Shown here: positions 19,861-29,106 of the stretch, piece by piece
How the letters are laid out: each line of letters begins with the position of its first letter
Numbering within the stretch: the first letter of the stretch is position 1
IMG/VR virus record: IMGVR_UViG_3300005265_000001
Location: 1 to 64,000 of that record
From: a virus
Strand: one strand, 5' to 3'
DNA length: 64,000 nt
Made by a program: the position numbers and the translations under genes
The notes under the pieces: generated by a model
Database searches by the model: none
What the model was told of the DNA's origin: nothing
What the model saw: the letters and a program-made list of their open reading frames with translations, nothing else

Positions 19861-20133
19861 ATGACATTACAAGACACTATTAATTATGTGAAAAATTTAA
19901 AAAATGTTACAAGTAGAGTGGAAATTTTTGAAATTGATGGAAAAACCTATGAAATTACACTTTTTGAATTTGATATGCCTATGTATCACGATGATTGGCA
20001 TATTGCAGAAGATTTAGAATTAATTCATATATGGGATTATTGGGATTCTGATGATATGAGCATGTTTAATAAAATGGCTTTTTGTCATAAGGATGAATTG
20101 GAAAAATGGAATGAAATTGAAGAAATTTTGTAA
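19861..20133 (+). CDS. hypothetical protein
   Basis: GGGGG SD, acidic 90 aa. Confidence 0.6.
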   Translation: MTLQDTINYVKNLKNVTSRVEIFEIDGKTYEITLFEFDMPMYHDDWHIAEDLELIHIWDYWDSDDMSMFNKMAFCHKDELEKWNEIEEIL

Positions 20134-20303
20134 GGATATTTGTTAAGAATAAAAAGGAAATAGGAAAATGATTGAAATTATAAAAAGTGTTTTAAAAAAG
20201 AACAATTTCAAAGTTGAAAAAATGGAGATAAATGAAAATATGATTGAATTGTATGTAAGAAAAGTAACACCGATAGAGCATATTAATGTAATGATTAAAA
20301 TGA

Positions 20304-20600
20304 ATGGAAGTTAGTGGAATGAAAAAATCGTCTAATAGAGTATTATTAGAGTTTGAACAAAAACGGATTAATCATATTGAAAAATTTATAGGTAAAGGAA
20401 ATGCAAAACCATATTTTTTGACAGAAAAAGATGAGGATTTTATTTTAAACAAATACCCATATCCAGAAATTTTAACAACGTTTCGTCGTCTTCTTTATCC
20501 TGATTATTGGACTTGGTTTAATGGTTTCAGTATTTGGTGTCCTATTTATGGAAATATTGACCATGTTTTGTTGCCATTGGGTAAAATGGTGGTTATATAA
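20304..20600 (+). CDS. hypothetical protein
   Basis: ORF track; overlaps an alternative frame 20521-20715. Confidence 0.45.
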   Translation: MEVSGMKKSSNRVLLEFEQKRINHIEKFIGKGNAKPYFLTEKDEDFILNKYPYPEILTTFRRLLYPDYWTWFNGFSIWCPIYGNIDHVLLPLGKMVVI

Positions 20601-20705
20601 ACAACTTAAACGTTATGATATATTATGGCTTGATTATGATAAACCCGATTGGCCTAATCCTATATTTTGGAAACTTGATTCCAGTATAACGGATAAGTAT
20701 GTTGT

Positions 20706-20782
20706 AGGGGAGTAGCGCAATTGGCAGAGGCGACGGCCTTAGAAGCCGTATGTTGTGGGTTCGATCCCCACCTTCCCTACCA
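20706..20782 (+). tRNA. tRNA-Leu(TAG), short variable loop
   Basis: acceptor AGGGGAG/CTTCCCT, arm ACGGC-CTTAGAA-GCCGT, ACCA. Confidence 0.9.
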
Positions 20783-20939
20783 ATTAATTACAAACAGGAG
20801 AAAACATGGCAAATATTCAGAACATTAAATGAGGTGGCGGAAATTTCGGAAGTTGAAAAATGGATTAAAGAGGTGGAAAAGAAATAGATAAATAACATTA
20901 AAATTTTATATTATTATGTAAAACACCATTGGAAGGGCG

Positions 20940-21608
20940 ATGACAATAAATAGAACAGACAATAAACCAGAATTTAAAAATAGTATATTTAAACAGATTG
21001 AACTTGCATTGAAGGAATTATTAGCAATTCCCCACCCCACTGATACAAGTAGGAATTTAACTGTTTTGAATAGTATTCCTAATTTGGCATTTAAAAAAAT
21101 GGAAACAATGTCAATTCCAATGGGCGGAGATCAAACACGTCAAATTGATTTTCCTTTTGTTTCTTTTTACCGACAACGTGGGATAGAGATTGAAAAACCG
21201 GCGTTTTCGGGTCTTGAATTTAGAAAATCGAATTATTCAATGGATTTTAACACAACTGAATTAAGAAAATTATTAACACCGATTATTTTGGTGTATAATA
21301 TTGATACATGGTGTGAGGATTTATATCAACAAAATTATATTTTATCGTATTATTTCCCACTTTTACAAAAAGGTAGTTTGGGGCCTTTTGACATTATGGA
21401 AAATGTGGACCCAATTTATTGCCCATTTCACATGATAAATTCAGATGTTGAAGACAATTCAGATATTGAATTTAATGAAATGGTTGAAATATATAGAAAT
21501 ACATTTAGTTTGACTGTTCATGCCATGTTACCACCGATTTATACAAGATGGGTTAAAACGGTTAGAAGTGTTCAAGATGAAATTATAATTGAAGAGAGGT
21601 TGCAATAA
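20940..21608 (+). CDS. tail terminator / sheath stabiliser, T4 gp15-like
   Basis: FPFVSFYR, TPIILVYNIDTWCEDLYQQNYIL, YRNTFSLTVHAML resemble the gp15-like family pattern. Confidence 0.55.
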   Translation: MTINRTDNKPEFKNSIFKQIELALKELLAIPHPTDTSRNLTVLNSIPNLAFKKMETMSIPMGGDQTRQIDFPFVSFYRQRGIEIEKPAFSGLEFRKSNYSMDFNTTELRKLLTPIILVYNIDTWCEDLYQQNYILSYYFPLLQKGSLGPFDIMENVDPIYCPFHMINSDVEDNSDIEFNEMVEIYRNTFSLTVHAMLPPIYTRWVKTVRSVQDEIIIEERLQ

Positions 21609-21612
21609 AAAT

Positions 21613-22275
21613 ATGTCACTACATGAATTTTTAAAAGATGCTGATAAAATTGGATTTGGTATAGTTGGGATGATGGCAGTGTATTTAGGGTTCAAATATT
21701 TTAAATCCAAAATTGGTGAATTGGGTAAAAAAACTAATCATTACAACCCTTTGAATCATGCTTTTTTTATCAGAATTAAATATATTTCAAAATACCAATT
21801 AAGAGCAATGGAGATTATATATATTCAAAAAGATGGGGTGGATAAATGTAAAACAGAATTGTTTCGAGATATGTTAAAGGTGAAATTTACAATTTGGGAA
21901 CGTGAAGTTAAAAATATGGTAAATAATATTGTAAATAAACAATTTAAAATTACCAATTTGGAAAAAGTTGTAATTGACAATTTGATTTATGTTGTTACAA
22001 GTTATGAGGATGAATGGCGGAAAATGGGTGTTCCAGAAATAGTAATTGAAAAATTTAATAAATGGCACAAACCGCATGTTGATTTGATTTTTGAAACAAT
22101 TAAATCAATTATTGCCGGAAAAATATATAATGATAAAATCCTTTTATTAAATGCTATTTTGGATTTGTATTTGGCTATGATTGTAATGACAATGGCTGAT
22201 GCAGAAGAAACATTAAAACGTTTGAATGGTGAACTGAATGGGATAAAATATAATGATTGTATAGTGGGGGATTAA
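21613..22275 (+). CDS. N-terminally membrane-anchored protein (possible lysis/holin-related)
   Basis: single TM helix IGFGIVGMMAVYLGF followed by a soluble helical domain; function unassigned. Confidence 0.5.
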   Translation: MSLHEFLKDADKIGFGIVGMMAVYLGFKYFKSKIGELGKKTNHYNPLNHAFFIRIKYISKYQLRAMEIIYIQKDGVDKCKTELFRDMLKVKFTIWEREVKNMVNNIVNKQFKITNLEKVVIDNLIYVVTSYEDEWRKMGVPEIVIEKFNKWHKPHVDLIFETIKSIIAGKIYNDKILLLNAILDLYLAMIVMTMADAEETLKRLNGELNGIKYNDCIVGD

Positions 22276-22293
22276 AAATAGGGGGCATTAAGA

Positions 22294-22473
22294 ATGAAAT
22301 TTGATAAAGTTTACAAAATGTTATTGGAGAAATCGAAAAAACGCAAAATAACAGTTGAAAAATTCTATTTTTATTTTGCTAATTTGATGGATGCCCAAAG
22401 AAGTGGCGATGAAAATACTATTGATAAAATTGGGGAACTGTTATTAAATGAAAACACACAAGTATCTTCGTAA
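22294..22473 (+). CDS. small helical partner protein (59 aa, not in ORF track)
   Basis: GGGGG SD; MKFDKVYKMLLEK...LMDAQRSGDENTIDKI; overlaps the start of 22448. Confidence 0.6.
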   Translation: MKFDKVYKMLLEKSKKRKITVEKFYFYFANLMDAQRSGDENTIDKIGELLLNENTQVSS

Positions 22474-23059
22474 ATTTAAAAGAGGGGATCATTGGGTTTA
22501 TATATATAAAAACTCAAAAAAAGATGGCGCACAAGATAAAAGGGGTTTATCAGAAAAAGAAATGGAAATTACAAATAAAATAAGAAATCATAAACGATTT
22601 AGTTATGTTATATTGGATAAAAATGGTAAGGCTATTGGGGGAAAATATGATAGAAATATTGCAAAAAATGATATAGCGGCCTTCAAAAAAATCAAAATAA
22701 AAAAGGGGGCGCATACAGTAATACTTAATAGGGCTGAAAATTTAAAGATTAGGCGAATTGAAAATGGAGATAAAAAAACTATAAATATTGATCCAACTCC
22801 TATTGATTGGGAAATTGAGTATTTTTTTAAAAAAGGAATAAGAAAAATAATAGTTTCAACCGAAAAATATGATAGAATTTTTAATATAAAAACTGATAAT
22901 ATTTCTGATATTATTGGTGATTATTATTCAATTTTGCTTGATAGAGAAAAAGAATTGAAGAAAAATAAATTAACATTTTTTGAGAATGTTTGGAAAATAA
23001 TCAATAAGGATTATCCTGAACTTATTACTTTTCAAAAAAGGGGTGTTAAAAATGGCTAA
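22448..23059 (+). CDS. HKY-leader protein with degenerate JAB-like domain
   Basis: leader THKYLRKFKRGDHWVYIYK; KIRNHKRFSYVILDKNG aligns with the JAB paralogues but HxH is absent. Confidence 0.65.
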   Translation: MKTHKYLRKFKRGDHWVYIYKNSKKDGAQDKRGLSEKEMEITNKIRNHKRFSYVILDKNGKAIGGKYDRNIAKNDIAAFKKIKIKKGAHTVILNRAENLKIRRIENGDKKTINIDPTPIDWEIEYFFKKGIRKIIVSTEKYDRIFNIKTDNISDIIGDYYSILLDREKELKKNKLTFFENVWKIINKDYPELITFQKRGVKNG

Positions 23060-23372
23060 ATGGACACGAAAATTTATTAATGATTTACCAGATTCATCAT
23101 TTGCTTTGATTTTACCTGGGGGCAAAAAAGATGAAGAAGGAAAAACCAAACCAAGAGATTTGCGGATGTTCCCATACAAAGATGTGAATGGAAATCTTGA
23201 TAAAGATCACATAAGAGCGGCACTTGTTTATTTGGATAGGGCAAAAATTTCCGAAAAAGATAAGAAAAAGGTCTTGAAAGTATTAAAAGCGGCTGAGAAA
23301 AAATTGGAAATGGGTGAATATAAAAAATCAACCATTTTAAGGGTCAATGATATTTATGTTCTGAATAAATAA
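23052..23372 (+). CDS. phage head-associated small protein
   Basis: INDLPDSSFALI..GGKKD...RMFPYKD...HIRAAL motif recalled from phage head/prohead-protease-associated proteins. Confidence 0.55.
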   Translation: MAKWTRKFINDLPDSSFALILPGGKKDEEGKTKPRDLRMFPYKDVNGNLDKDHIRAALVYLDRAKISEKDKKKVLKVLKAAEKKLEMGEYKKSTILRVNDIYVLNK

Positions 23373-23402
23373 ACTGTTTTTGGAAATAGTAAGGAAATAA
23401 AG

Positions 23403-23651
23403 ATGTTAAGGTTTCGTAATAAAACCGACAATGATTTTGAAAAAAAACTAAAGAATACGTGTTTACATTTAATGGATAATTTTAATGGTCTAAAGGATGA
23501 TGAAAAACTTTTATTATTATATGGATTAACAAGTGCAATAAAAGAAAACAACCATGTTAAACTTGATGCTTTAAATCAAATTAAACATTTGATTGATACA
23601 AATCAATGTAAAAATTGTGGGGACACCTTTGATGGAAACAATAGTCGATGA
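23403..23651 (+). CDS. hypothetical protein
   Basis: ORF track, SD present. Confidence 0.5.
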   Translation: MLRFRNKTDNDFEKKLKNTCLHLMDNFNGLKDDEKLLLLYGLTSAIKENNHVKLDALNQIKHLIDTNQCKNCGDTFDGNNSR

Positions 23652-23838
23652 TAAAAAAATGAAAAAAATCATTAAGAAATTGAGTGAATTACAAATTAAA
23701 ATGATAGAAAACAAAACACCTTATGCTTCTCAGTATGCACAATCTATTATTGAGGCGTTTAAAAATAACAATTATGATGAATTGGTATTAATTGCCAATA
23801 AAATGACAGAAATTTTGAAGCCCAAAAAGAAAAAGTAG
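23593..23838 (+). CDS. small helical protein (start probably internal)
   Basis: KKIIKKLSELQIKMIE...IIEAFKNNNYDELVLI resembles the JAB-partner family. Confidence 0.5.
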   Translation: MIQINVKIVGTPLMETIVDDKKMKKIIKKLSELQIKMIENKTPYASQYAQSIIEAFKNNNYDELVLIANKMTEILKPKKKK

Positions 23839-23873
23839 TTGAATTTTATAAATAAATATGATATATAATATTT

Positions 23874-24401
23874 ATGAATTTTACAAAGTATTGGACAATT
23901 GCGGACACACATTTTGGGCATGATAAAATAGTAGAATATCACCCGGTTCGATCCCAAAATTTTAGTGAAAAAATTTTAAAGTGTATTTCAAACACACCCT
24001 TTAGACAGGGGGATATTTTTATTCATTTGGGTGATGTTTGTTTTGGAAATGATAAAGAATGGCATGAAAAATTAATTCAATCAATTCCACCTTTTGTAAA
24101 TAAATGGCTAATATTAGGAAATCACGATAAAAAATCAATAAGTTGGTATTACAGAATGGGGTGGAATCTTGTTTGTGAAAATATAACTTTAAACATTTGG
24201 GGTAAAATTATAACATTTTCACATTATCCTCTATATGGGGTGTTTGATTTTGTGAATTATGATGTTAAAGATTTTGTGAATGTTCATGGGCACACACATG
24301 ATAATAGATATAATATAAAGTCTTATCATGTATGTATTTCAATTGAAAAAAATGGCTACTGTCCTGTAAATATGCGTAAAATAATAGAAAAACGGGGGTA
24401 A
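23874..24401 (+). CDS. calcineurin-like metallophosphoesterase
   Basis: ADTHFGH, LGDV, LGNHD, SHYP, HGHTH. Confidence 0.9.
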   Translation: MNFTKYWTIADTHFGHDKIVEYHPVRSQNFSEKILKCISNTPFRQGDIFIHLGDVCFGNDKEWHEKLIQSIPPFVNKWLILGNHDKKSISWYYRMGWNLVCENITLNIWGKIITFSHYPLYGVFDFVNYDVKDFVNVHGHTHDNRYNIKSYHVCISIEKNGYCPVNMRKIIEKRG

Positions 24402-24404
24402 ATT

Positions 24405-24695
24405 ATGAAGACAGTTGATATGCACATGGTTTTTAAAATAACAAATTTGATTTTGTGGACTTCTTTGTTTTTGGATTTTGTAACTGGTTGGTTGATTATA
24501 AATAATAGTGGGGGATCTGATAGTTTTATTGAATTGTTTAATTTTGCTTGGATTTTTTCTATTTTATTGTTTGTTGCATTTAGGGGGTTTGGGTGGATAA
24601 ATTATAATTATTGGTGGGCTATTGTTATTTATATTGTGTTTTATATAGTTGGATTGGTGTTTTGTGGGACACTTTATGCAATTTTTAGAGGGTAG
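24405..24695 (+). CDS. membrane protein (3 TM)
   Basis: three hydrophobic helices. Confidence 0.65.
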   Translation: MKTVDMHMVFKITNLILWTSLFLDFVTGWLIINNSGGSDSFIELFNFAWIFSILLFVAFRGFGWINYNYWWAIVIYIVFYIVGLVFCGTLYAIFRG

Positions 24696-24696
24696 T

Positions 24697-24772
24697 GGGG
24701 CGTTAGCTCAGTTGGCAGAGCAACGGACTTTTAATCCGTAGGCCATAGGTTCGACCCCTATACGTCCCACCA
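24697..24772 (+). tRNA. tRNA-Lys(TTT)
   Basis: TAGCTCAGTTGGCAGAGC D-arm, arm ACGGA-CTTTTAA-TCCGT, ACCA. Confidence 0.96.
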
Positions 24773-24783
24773 TATAATATTAT

Positions 24784-24858
24784 TCCACGGTAGTTCAGGG
24801 GTAGAACAGGCGACCGATAATTGTCATGCCGAAGGTTCAAATCCTTCCCGTGGAACCA
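24784..24858 (+). tRNA. tRNA-Ile(GAT)
   Basis: acceptor TCCACGG/CCGTGGA, arm GGCGA-CCGATAA-TTGTC, ACCA. Confidence 0.88.
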
Positions 24859-24877
24859 AAAATTAAGGGGTTATAAA

Positions 24878-25192
24878 TTGACAAAAAGTGAAAGAGAAAT
24901 TTTTTTGAAAGCAATTGATGTTTTTGGGAGTGGAAATCAAGTTATTATGGTTATGGAAGAAATGAATGAATTGGGAAAGGAACTTTGCAAAACATTTAGG
25001 GAAAGTGGCGCACCGATAGATAACATTTGTGAAGAAATTGCGGATGTTGAAATTATGTTAGATCAACTAAAATTGATTGTTGGAGAAAAGAATGTAACAT
25101 ATTATCGTAAAAAGAAAATAAAAAGACTCAAAGAGCGGTTAGATACTTATGATAAATCAATGAAAATTGCAAAGAAAATGCAGGATATTTAA
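24878..25192 (+). CDS. MazG-like NTP pyrophosphohydrolase
   Basis: MEEMNELGKELCK...ICEEIADVEIMLDQL; TTG start after GGGG, downstream of tRNA-Ile. Confidence 0.8.
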   Translation: MTKSEREIFLKAIDVFGSGNQVIMVMEEMNELGKELCKTFRESGAPIDNICEEIADVEIMLDQLKLIVGEKNVTYYRKKKIKRLKERLDTYDKSMKIAKKMQDI

Positions 25193-25194
25193 AA

Positions 25195-25569
25195 ATGAAT
25201 CTTGATTATTTGTTAATTATTATTTGGTTACATTTTTTTGCGGATTTTCTTTTTCAATATGATAGAATGGCAATTGAAAAAGGTCATAATTGGAAGTATC
25301 TATTTTTTCATGGTGAGATTTATACAGCAACTTTTTTACTTTTTAATCCCATTTATGCGGTTGTAAATGGAATTTTACATATTGTGGTCGATTTTGCAAC
25401 TTCAAAACTTATAACTTATTTTTCCACAAATAATCAAAGACATTGGTTTTTTGTGACAATTGGAATGGATCAAGCCATTCATTTCACTTGTTTAATTATG
25501 TCTTTTTTCATTTTGAATATAATTTATCCAAACATTCAATGGCTATTTTTTCTAAAATATTTTGGGTAG
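25195..25569 (+). CDS. DUF3307-like membrane protein (second copy)
   Basis: HFFADFLFQ, HGEIY, HIVVDF, DQAIH. Confidence 0.8.
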   Translation: MNLDYLLIIIWLHFFADFLFQYDRMAIEKGHNWKYLFFHGEIYTATFLLFNPIYAVVNGILHIVVDFATSKLITYFSTNNQRHWFFVTIGMDQAIHFTCLIMSFFILNIIYPNIQWLFFLKYFG

Positions 25570-25572
25570 AGG

Positions 25573-25601
25573 TTGATTTTTTGAAAAAAGTGTGGTATAA
25601 C
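25573..25601 (+). promoter_or_regulatory. sigma70-type promoter of the RNA + TerD-like cassette
   Basis: TTGATT-17 bp-TATAAC with TG extension; RNA unit 1 begins 14 nt downstream. Confidence 0.7.
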
Positions 25602-25614
25602 ATATACATGATTA

Positions 25615-25682
25615 ATTGACAAAAGGAAAAGTTACTTAAACCAACAGGCCAACACCCTGTTTTTGATCACTTTTCCGTCAAT
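25615..25682 (+). ncRNA. structured RNA unit 1 with anticodon-like hairpin (loop CC-AAC-AC)
   Basis: ATTGAC/GTCAAT stem, AAAA bulge, GGAAAAGT/ACTTTTCC stem, TACTT, inner AACAGG-CCAACAC-CCTGTT. Confidence 0.7.
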
Positions 25683-25710
25683 ACTAAAAAATTGAAGAGG
25701 ATAAGAATTA

Positions 25711-25773
25711 ATGGCAAAAGAATGAGTTACTTAAAAAATGAATCTGTTAAATTCAAATTTACTCATTCGCCAT
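25711..25773 (+). ncRNA. structured RNA unit 2 with tRNA-Asn-type loop (CT-GTT-AA)
   Basis: ATGGC/GCCAT stem, AAAA bulge, GAATGAGT/ACTCATTC stem, TACTT, inner TGAAT-CTGTTAA-ATTCA. Confidence 0.75.
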
Positions 25774-25819
25774 ATAAAAATGGAGGTGTTTAAAATGCAC
25801 TAAAACATAAAAGGGTTTC

Positions 25820-25882
25820 TTGACAGCAGGGGAAGTTACTTTTTTAAGATTATTTGGAAATCGCCTTTTACTTCCCCGTCAA
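25820..25882 (+). ncRNA. structured RNA unit 3 with anticodon-like hairpin (loop AT-TTG-GA)
   Basis: TTGAC/GTCAA stem, AGCA bulge, GGGGAAGT/ACTTCCCC stem, TACTT, inner GATT-ATTTGGA-AATC. Confidence 0.7.
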
Positions 25883-25912
25883 TTTCAACCTTAAACTCAA
25901 TGGAGTGTCAAA

Positions 25913-27994
25913 ATGACTTATGATGATTTTGTTGTTGAATTTGGTAGAACAAATAAAATTGGGGTTTTGTTATCTAACAAAAATATTAACAAAAATCCTG
26001 AAAAGTTTTTTATGTTTCTTTTGAAACTTGGTTTTATTCCTTCCAAACAGTTTTTAGAAAAAGCACCACGTATCAAAAATTTGAATAAAATTCTTGATTT
26101 TTTCATTGCATACAAAAAACAAGATAAAAATTGGCAAAATACACTTTTTGGGGATTACGAAAATGTAGTTGGTAAGGTTCCCGATGTTGTTTTGCGAATT
26201 GAAACTCTTTTACACTATTTTACAACTTATGGTGCTGAATTTCTTGAAATGGATATTCCAACTTATTTTCCTAATGAACAAACAAAAATTGGAAAAAGGG
26301 AAATCAAGAAATTTTTAAAAGAAATTGATGTTTCAAAAAATGATATGTCAAATTTTTTGATTGTGGATATTGAGGCACCACATATTTTACGTCAAATTGT
26401 GGTTGAAAAATTGGTTTACACTAATACTCCATTAACTGAAATGGAAATGGAATATTTGAAAAAAAGATTGATTGATGCAAAAGGTATTGAATTTGATGTT
26501 AATCGTATTAGATTTAGTGAGGTTAAGACTCTTGTTTTGGATAGTGGAAATCAGAATATCAAAAATTTGGAGTATTTTGATGTTCTGAGATGGGCATGTT
26601 ACAAAATTACTGATAAACCAATTCTATTAAATTCAAAAGATTTGGATAAAATGGCAGATTTTATTAGTGATGATATAAAAAACACTTTTTGGAAGTTATT
26701 GGGTGTAGTAAATTATGATAAAATTTCAAAGGGCTATAAACAAAAAAGAAAATTATCCAATAAAATTTTTCAAATAATGGCAATTAAAGAGTTTAAAAAT
26801 AAATATGATGCGGCTAAATTTGCCAAAACGTTGAAAAATGGAAATGCGGGTATTAAAAGGGTTCAAACAGATTATGCAATTTTTTCAAGGTTAATGAAAA
26901 AAGATAGAAAAAGAGCAATTGAATTGTATCCACATATTGCCTTGGAAAAATATAATCAATTTAATTGGACATTGAAAGATACAGTGTATCTAATGGAACA
27001 TTTATCAACAAAATTACAATTGAGACTTTTTAATGTTATTCGTATGAGTGAAGAAATGTATGATTTTGGTGTTTATAAATTACCTAATGGTAAAATCTAT
27101 GTAAGAGATGATATTTTAACAAAAACACCAAAATTCAAAACTTATGCAAATAAATTTTGGGATGTAATTTTGAAGAATAAACCAACTGTTAGAGTAAATA
27201 TTTCACCTGAATTGAGGGAATACGTTGAAAATGTTGTGAATATGAAAATTCCTTTGACTGTTAGGGATGTTGGCGATGGTTTGGAATTTGAAAGAGGGTC
27301 CTATATTACCTTGAAATATGGTGAACGTTACAATGTTGGGGTTTATTGGAAAAATCAAAAAGGACATAGAATTGACTTGGATTTGGCTTTTAGATATTAT
27401 GATAAGGATTTTTCAAGTTCTAATGTAATAGGTTGGAATGGGTCTTATGGAAGTGGTGATGGATTAGATATTAAATTTTCAGGTGATATTACGGATGCAC
27501 CCAAAGGGGCGGCGGAATTTATTAGTTTTACAAATGTAAATGAACCTTTGTTTGGTATTTTTGCGGTGAACTGGTTCAATAGTGGTTACAGTAATAAAAT
27601 GAAAGTTAGATTTGATTTGTTTATTAATGAAAAAAGAAATATGAGGGGCCATGTAAATCCAGCAACTTCACTATTTTTCAATACAAGGTTTTTGGATAGA
27701 GAAAATTCCTATGTTTCTTTGGGGATTATGGATTTTGAAAGGGGTTGGTTTTTTCCTGTGAGTGGCAATATGAATTTACGTCCCGGATCAAGTTTAAAGA
27801 ATATGAGTGGAACAAGTTTTATAATTCGCACAATGATTGAAAAAGAATATAGAAAAGTTGATTGTAATGAATTTTTTCAATCAGCGGTTAAACGTAAGAA
27901 AATTGAATTGGTAAATGATACTGAAAATGTTGATTATACGATTAAAGATATTAATCAATTCAAGAATTTTGTTGTAGAGTATTTGGGGTTGTAA
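25913..27994 (+). CDS. large helical (possibly TROVE/ROT-like) protein with C-terminal TerD-like domain
   Basis: N-terminal LLHYFTTYG motif, long helical basic middle, C-terminal ERGS...GVYWKN...RIDLDL...IGWNG...FSGDITDAPKGAAEFI. Confidence 0.7.
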   Translation: MTYDDFVVEFGRTNKIGVLLSNKNINKNPEKFFMFLLKLGFIPSKQFLEKAPRIKNLNKILDFFIAYKKQDKNWQNTLFGDYENVVGKVPDVVLRIETLLHYFTTYGAEFLEMDIPTYFPNEQTKIGKREIKKFLKEIDVSKNDMSNFLIVDIEAPHILRQIVVEKLVYTNTPLTEMEMEYLKKRLIDAKGIEFDVNRIRFSEVKTLVLDSGNQNIKNLEYFDVLRWACYKITDKPILLNSKDLDKMADFISDDIKNTFWKLLGVVNYDKISKGYKQKRKLSNKIFQIMAIKEFKNKYDAAKFAKTLKNGNAGIKRVQTDYAIFSRLMKKDRKRAIELYPHIALEKYNQFNWTLKDTVYLMEHLSTKLQLRLFNVIRMSEEMYDFGVYKLPNGKIYVRDDILTKTPKFKTYANKFWDVILKNKPTVRVNISPELREYVENVVNMKIPLTVRDVGDGLEFERGSYITLKYGERYNVGVYWKNQKGHRIDLDLAFRYYDKDFSSSNVIGWNGSYGSGDGLDIKFSGDITDAPKGAAEFISFTNVNEPLFGIFAVNWFNSGYSNKMKVRFDLFINEKRNMRGHVNPATSLFFNTRFLDRENSYVSLGIMDFERGWFFPVSGNMNLRPGSSLKNMSGTSFIIRTMIEKEYRKVDCNEFFQSAVKRKKIELVNDTENVDYTIKDINQFKNFVVEYLGL

Positions 27995-28005
27995 TTTGTG
28001 AATTT

Positions 28006-28034
28006 GGGGGGGCGTCGTTCCCCCCCTTTCCTTT
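28006..28034 (+). terminator. intrinsic terminator
   Basis: GGGGGGG-CGTCGTT-CCCCCCC followed by TTTCCTTT, 11 nt after the stop. Confidence 0.75.
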
Positions 28035-28069
28035 ATATTATTTTCAAAAAATAATGGGGCATTGATAAT

Positions 28070-28564
28070 ATGAAAGGAACTCACAAGTATTTATCCAAAA
28101 AACGTGTTGGGCATAGATGGATTTACAAATACAAAAAAGTCGAAGGCAAAAACAGAGATAATGATGATGATTTGTCTTCAAATTCTGTGAAAACTGAAAT
28201 AAACACTAAAATAAAAAATATAGTTAATTCCAAACTAATTGATAAAACTAAAAGAAAAAGGATAAAAGCACTTATTGATAATGTCAAACATGATATTAAA
28301 ATTGCGAGTGAAGCCATTCATAAATATAATGAACTTAAAGGTTATGGATATAATGATGGGGAAATTCAAAACAAATTAAAAGATTATTTTAAGAATTTTG
28401 AAACAGACCATTTTGCCGATTTGTATATGACACATTCAAATATAAATGAGGCCATAAAAAAATATGATAGTATGGTTGGGGAAATCAAAACCTATATAGG
28501 AAAATTAGATGATTTTATTGGGAATCCTACAAATAATCCTAATAGGATTTTGATATTCTTTTGA
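28070..28564 (+). CDS. HKY-leader protein, unknown helical C-domain
   Basis: THKYLSKKRVGHRWIYKYK. Confidence 0.75.
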   Translation: MKGTHKYLSKKRVGHRWIYKYKKVEGKNRDNDDDLSSNSVKTEINTKIKNIVNSKLIDKTKRKRIKALIDNVKHDIKIASEAIHKYNELKGYGYNDGEIQNKLKDYFKNFETDHFADLYMTHSNINEAIKKYDSMVGEIKTYIGKLDDFIGNPTNNPNRILIFF

Positions 28565-28577
28565 GGGGAGTAGAAAA

Positions 28578-29015
28578 ATGGCTAAAAGTCACAAGTATTT
28601 ATCAAAAAAGAAGGTTGGAAATAAATGGGTTTACAAGTATAAGGAAACCACAAAAAAAGATAAGCGGACACCTTTTGAAAAAACGGGCACACCGTCACCA
28701 TTTTCAACATTCAAAAGAGATTTTTATAATGAATATGGTAAAACTAACATTGGAAAACATTTATATGATGACGATTTTTGGAAAGGACCAAAAGAATTAA
28801 TGGATTTATTAGATAAAGTTGCTCAAAAACATGGTTGGGTTTGGAACATTGAAGGCACAAAATATGAGCAAGATGAAAATATGAATCCAGTTAGAAAAAT
28901 TTGGAAAATAAAATTAACAAACGGAAAGACAGATCGTTATGGGTTTTTGACAGCGCACGGGGCGGGAACTGTGAGTGAGCCTCTAAAAAAATATGATATT
29001 ACACTAACTTTTTAA
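28578..29015 (+). CDS. HKY-leader protein, unknown C-domain
   Basis: SHKYLSKKKVGNKWVYKYKE; C-terminal AHGAGTVSEPLKKYDIT. Confidence 0.75.
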   Translation: MAKSHKYLSKKKVGNKWVYKYKETTKKDKRTPFEKTGTPSPFSTFKRDFYNEYGKTNIGKHLYDDDFWKGPKELMDLLDKVAQKHGWVWNIEGTKYEQDENMNPVRKIWKIKLTNGKTDRYGFLTAHGAGTVSEPLKKYDITLTF

Positions 29016-29106
29016 AAAATAGGTTGATTTTTTGTTTGTTTTGTGGTATTATAAGAAAAAATTGAAAGGGGGTAATAAATATGAGGTAAGAATAAATAAC
29101 AAATTT

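Noticed and set aside
18124-20782. tRNAs with TAA and TAG anticodons as stop-codon suppressors, or genome recoding
   Set aside because: These anticodons read UUA and CUA (Leu); suppressors would be TTA, CTA or TCA. Core genes are intact in the standard code
25615-25882. RNA units as CRISPR mini-array, T-box leader, terminators or tRNA genes
   Set aside because: No identical repeat, no T-box GGTGG.ACC motif, no poly-U after the stems, no D/T arms or CCA; only structure and AGTTACTT are conserved
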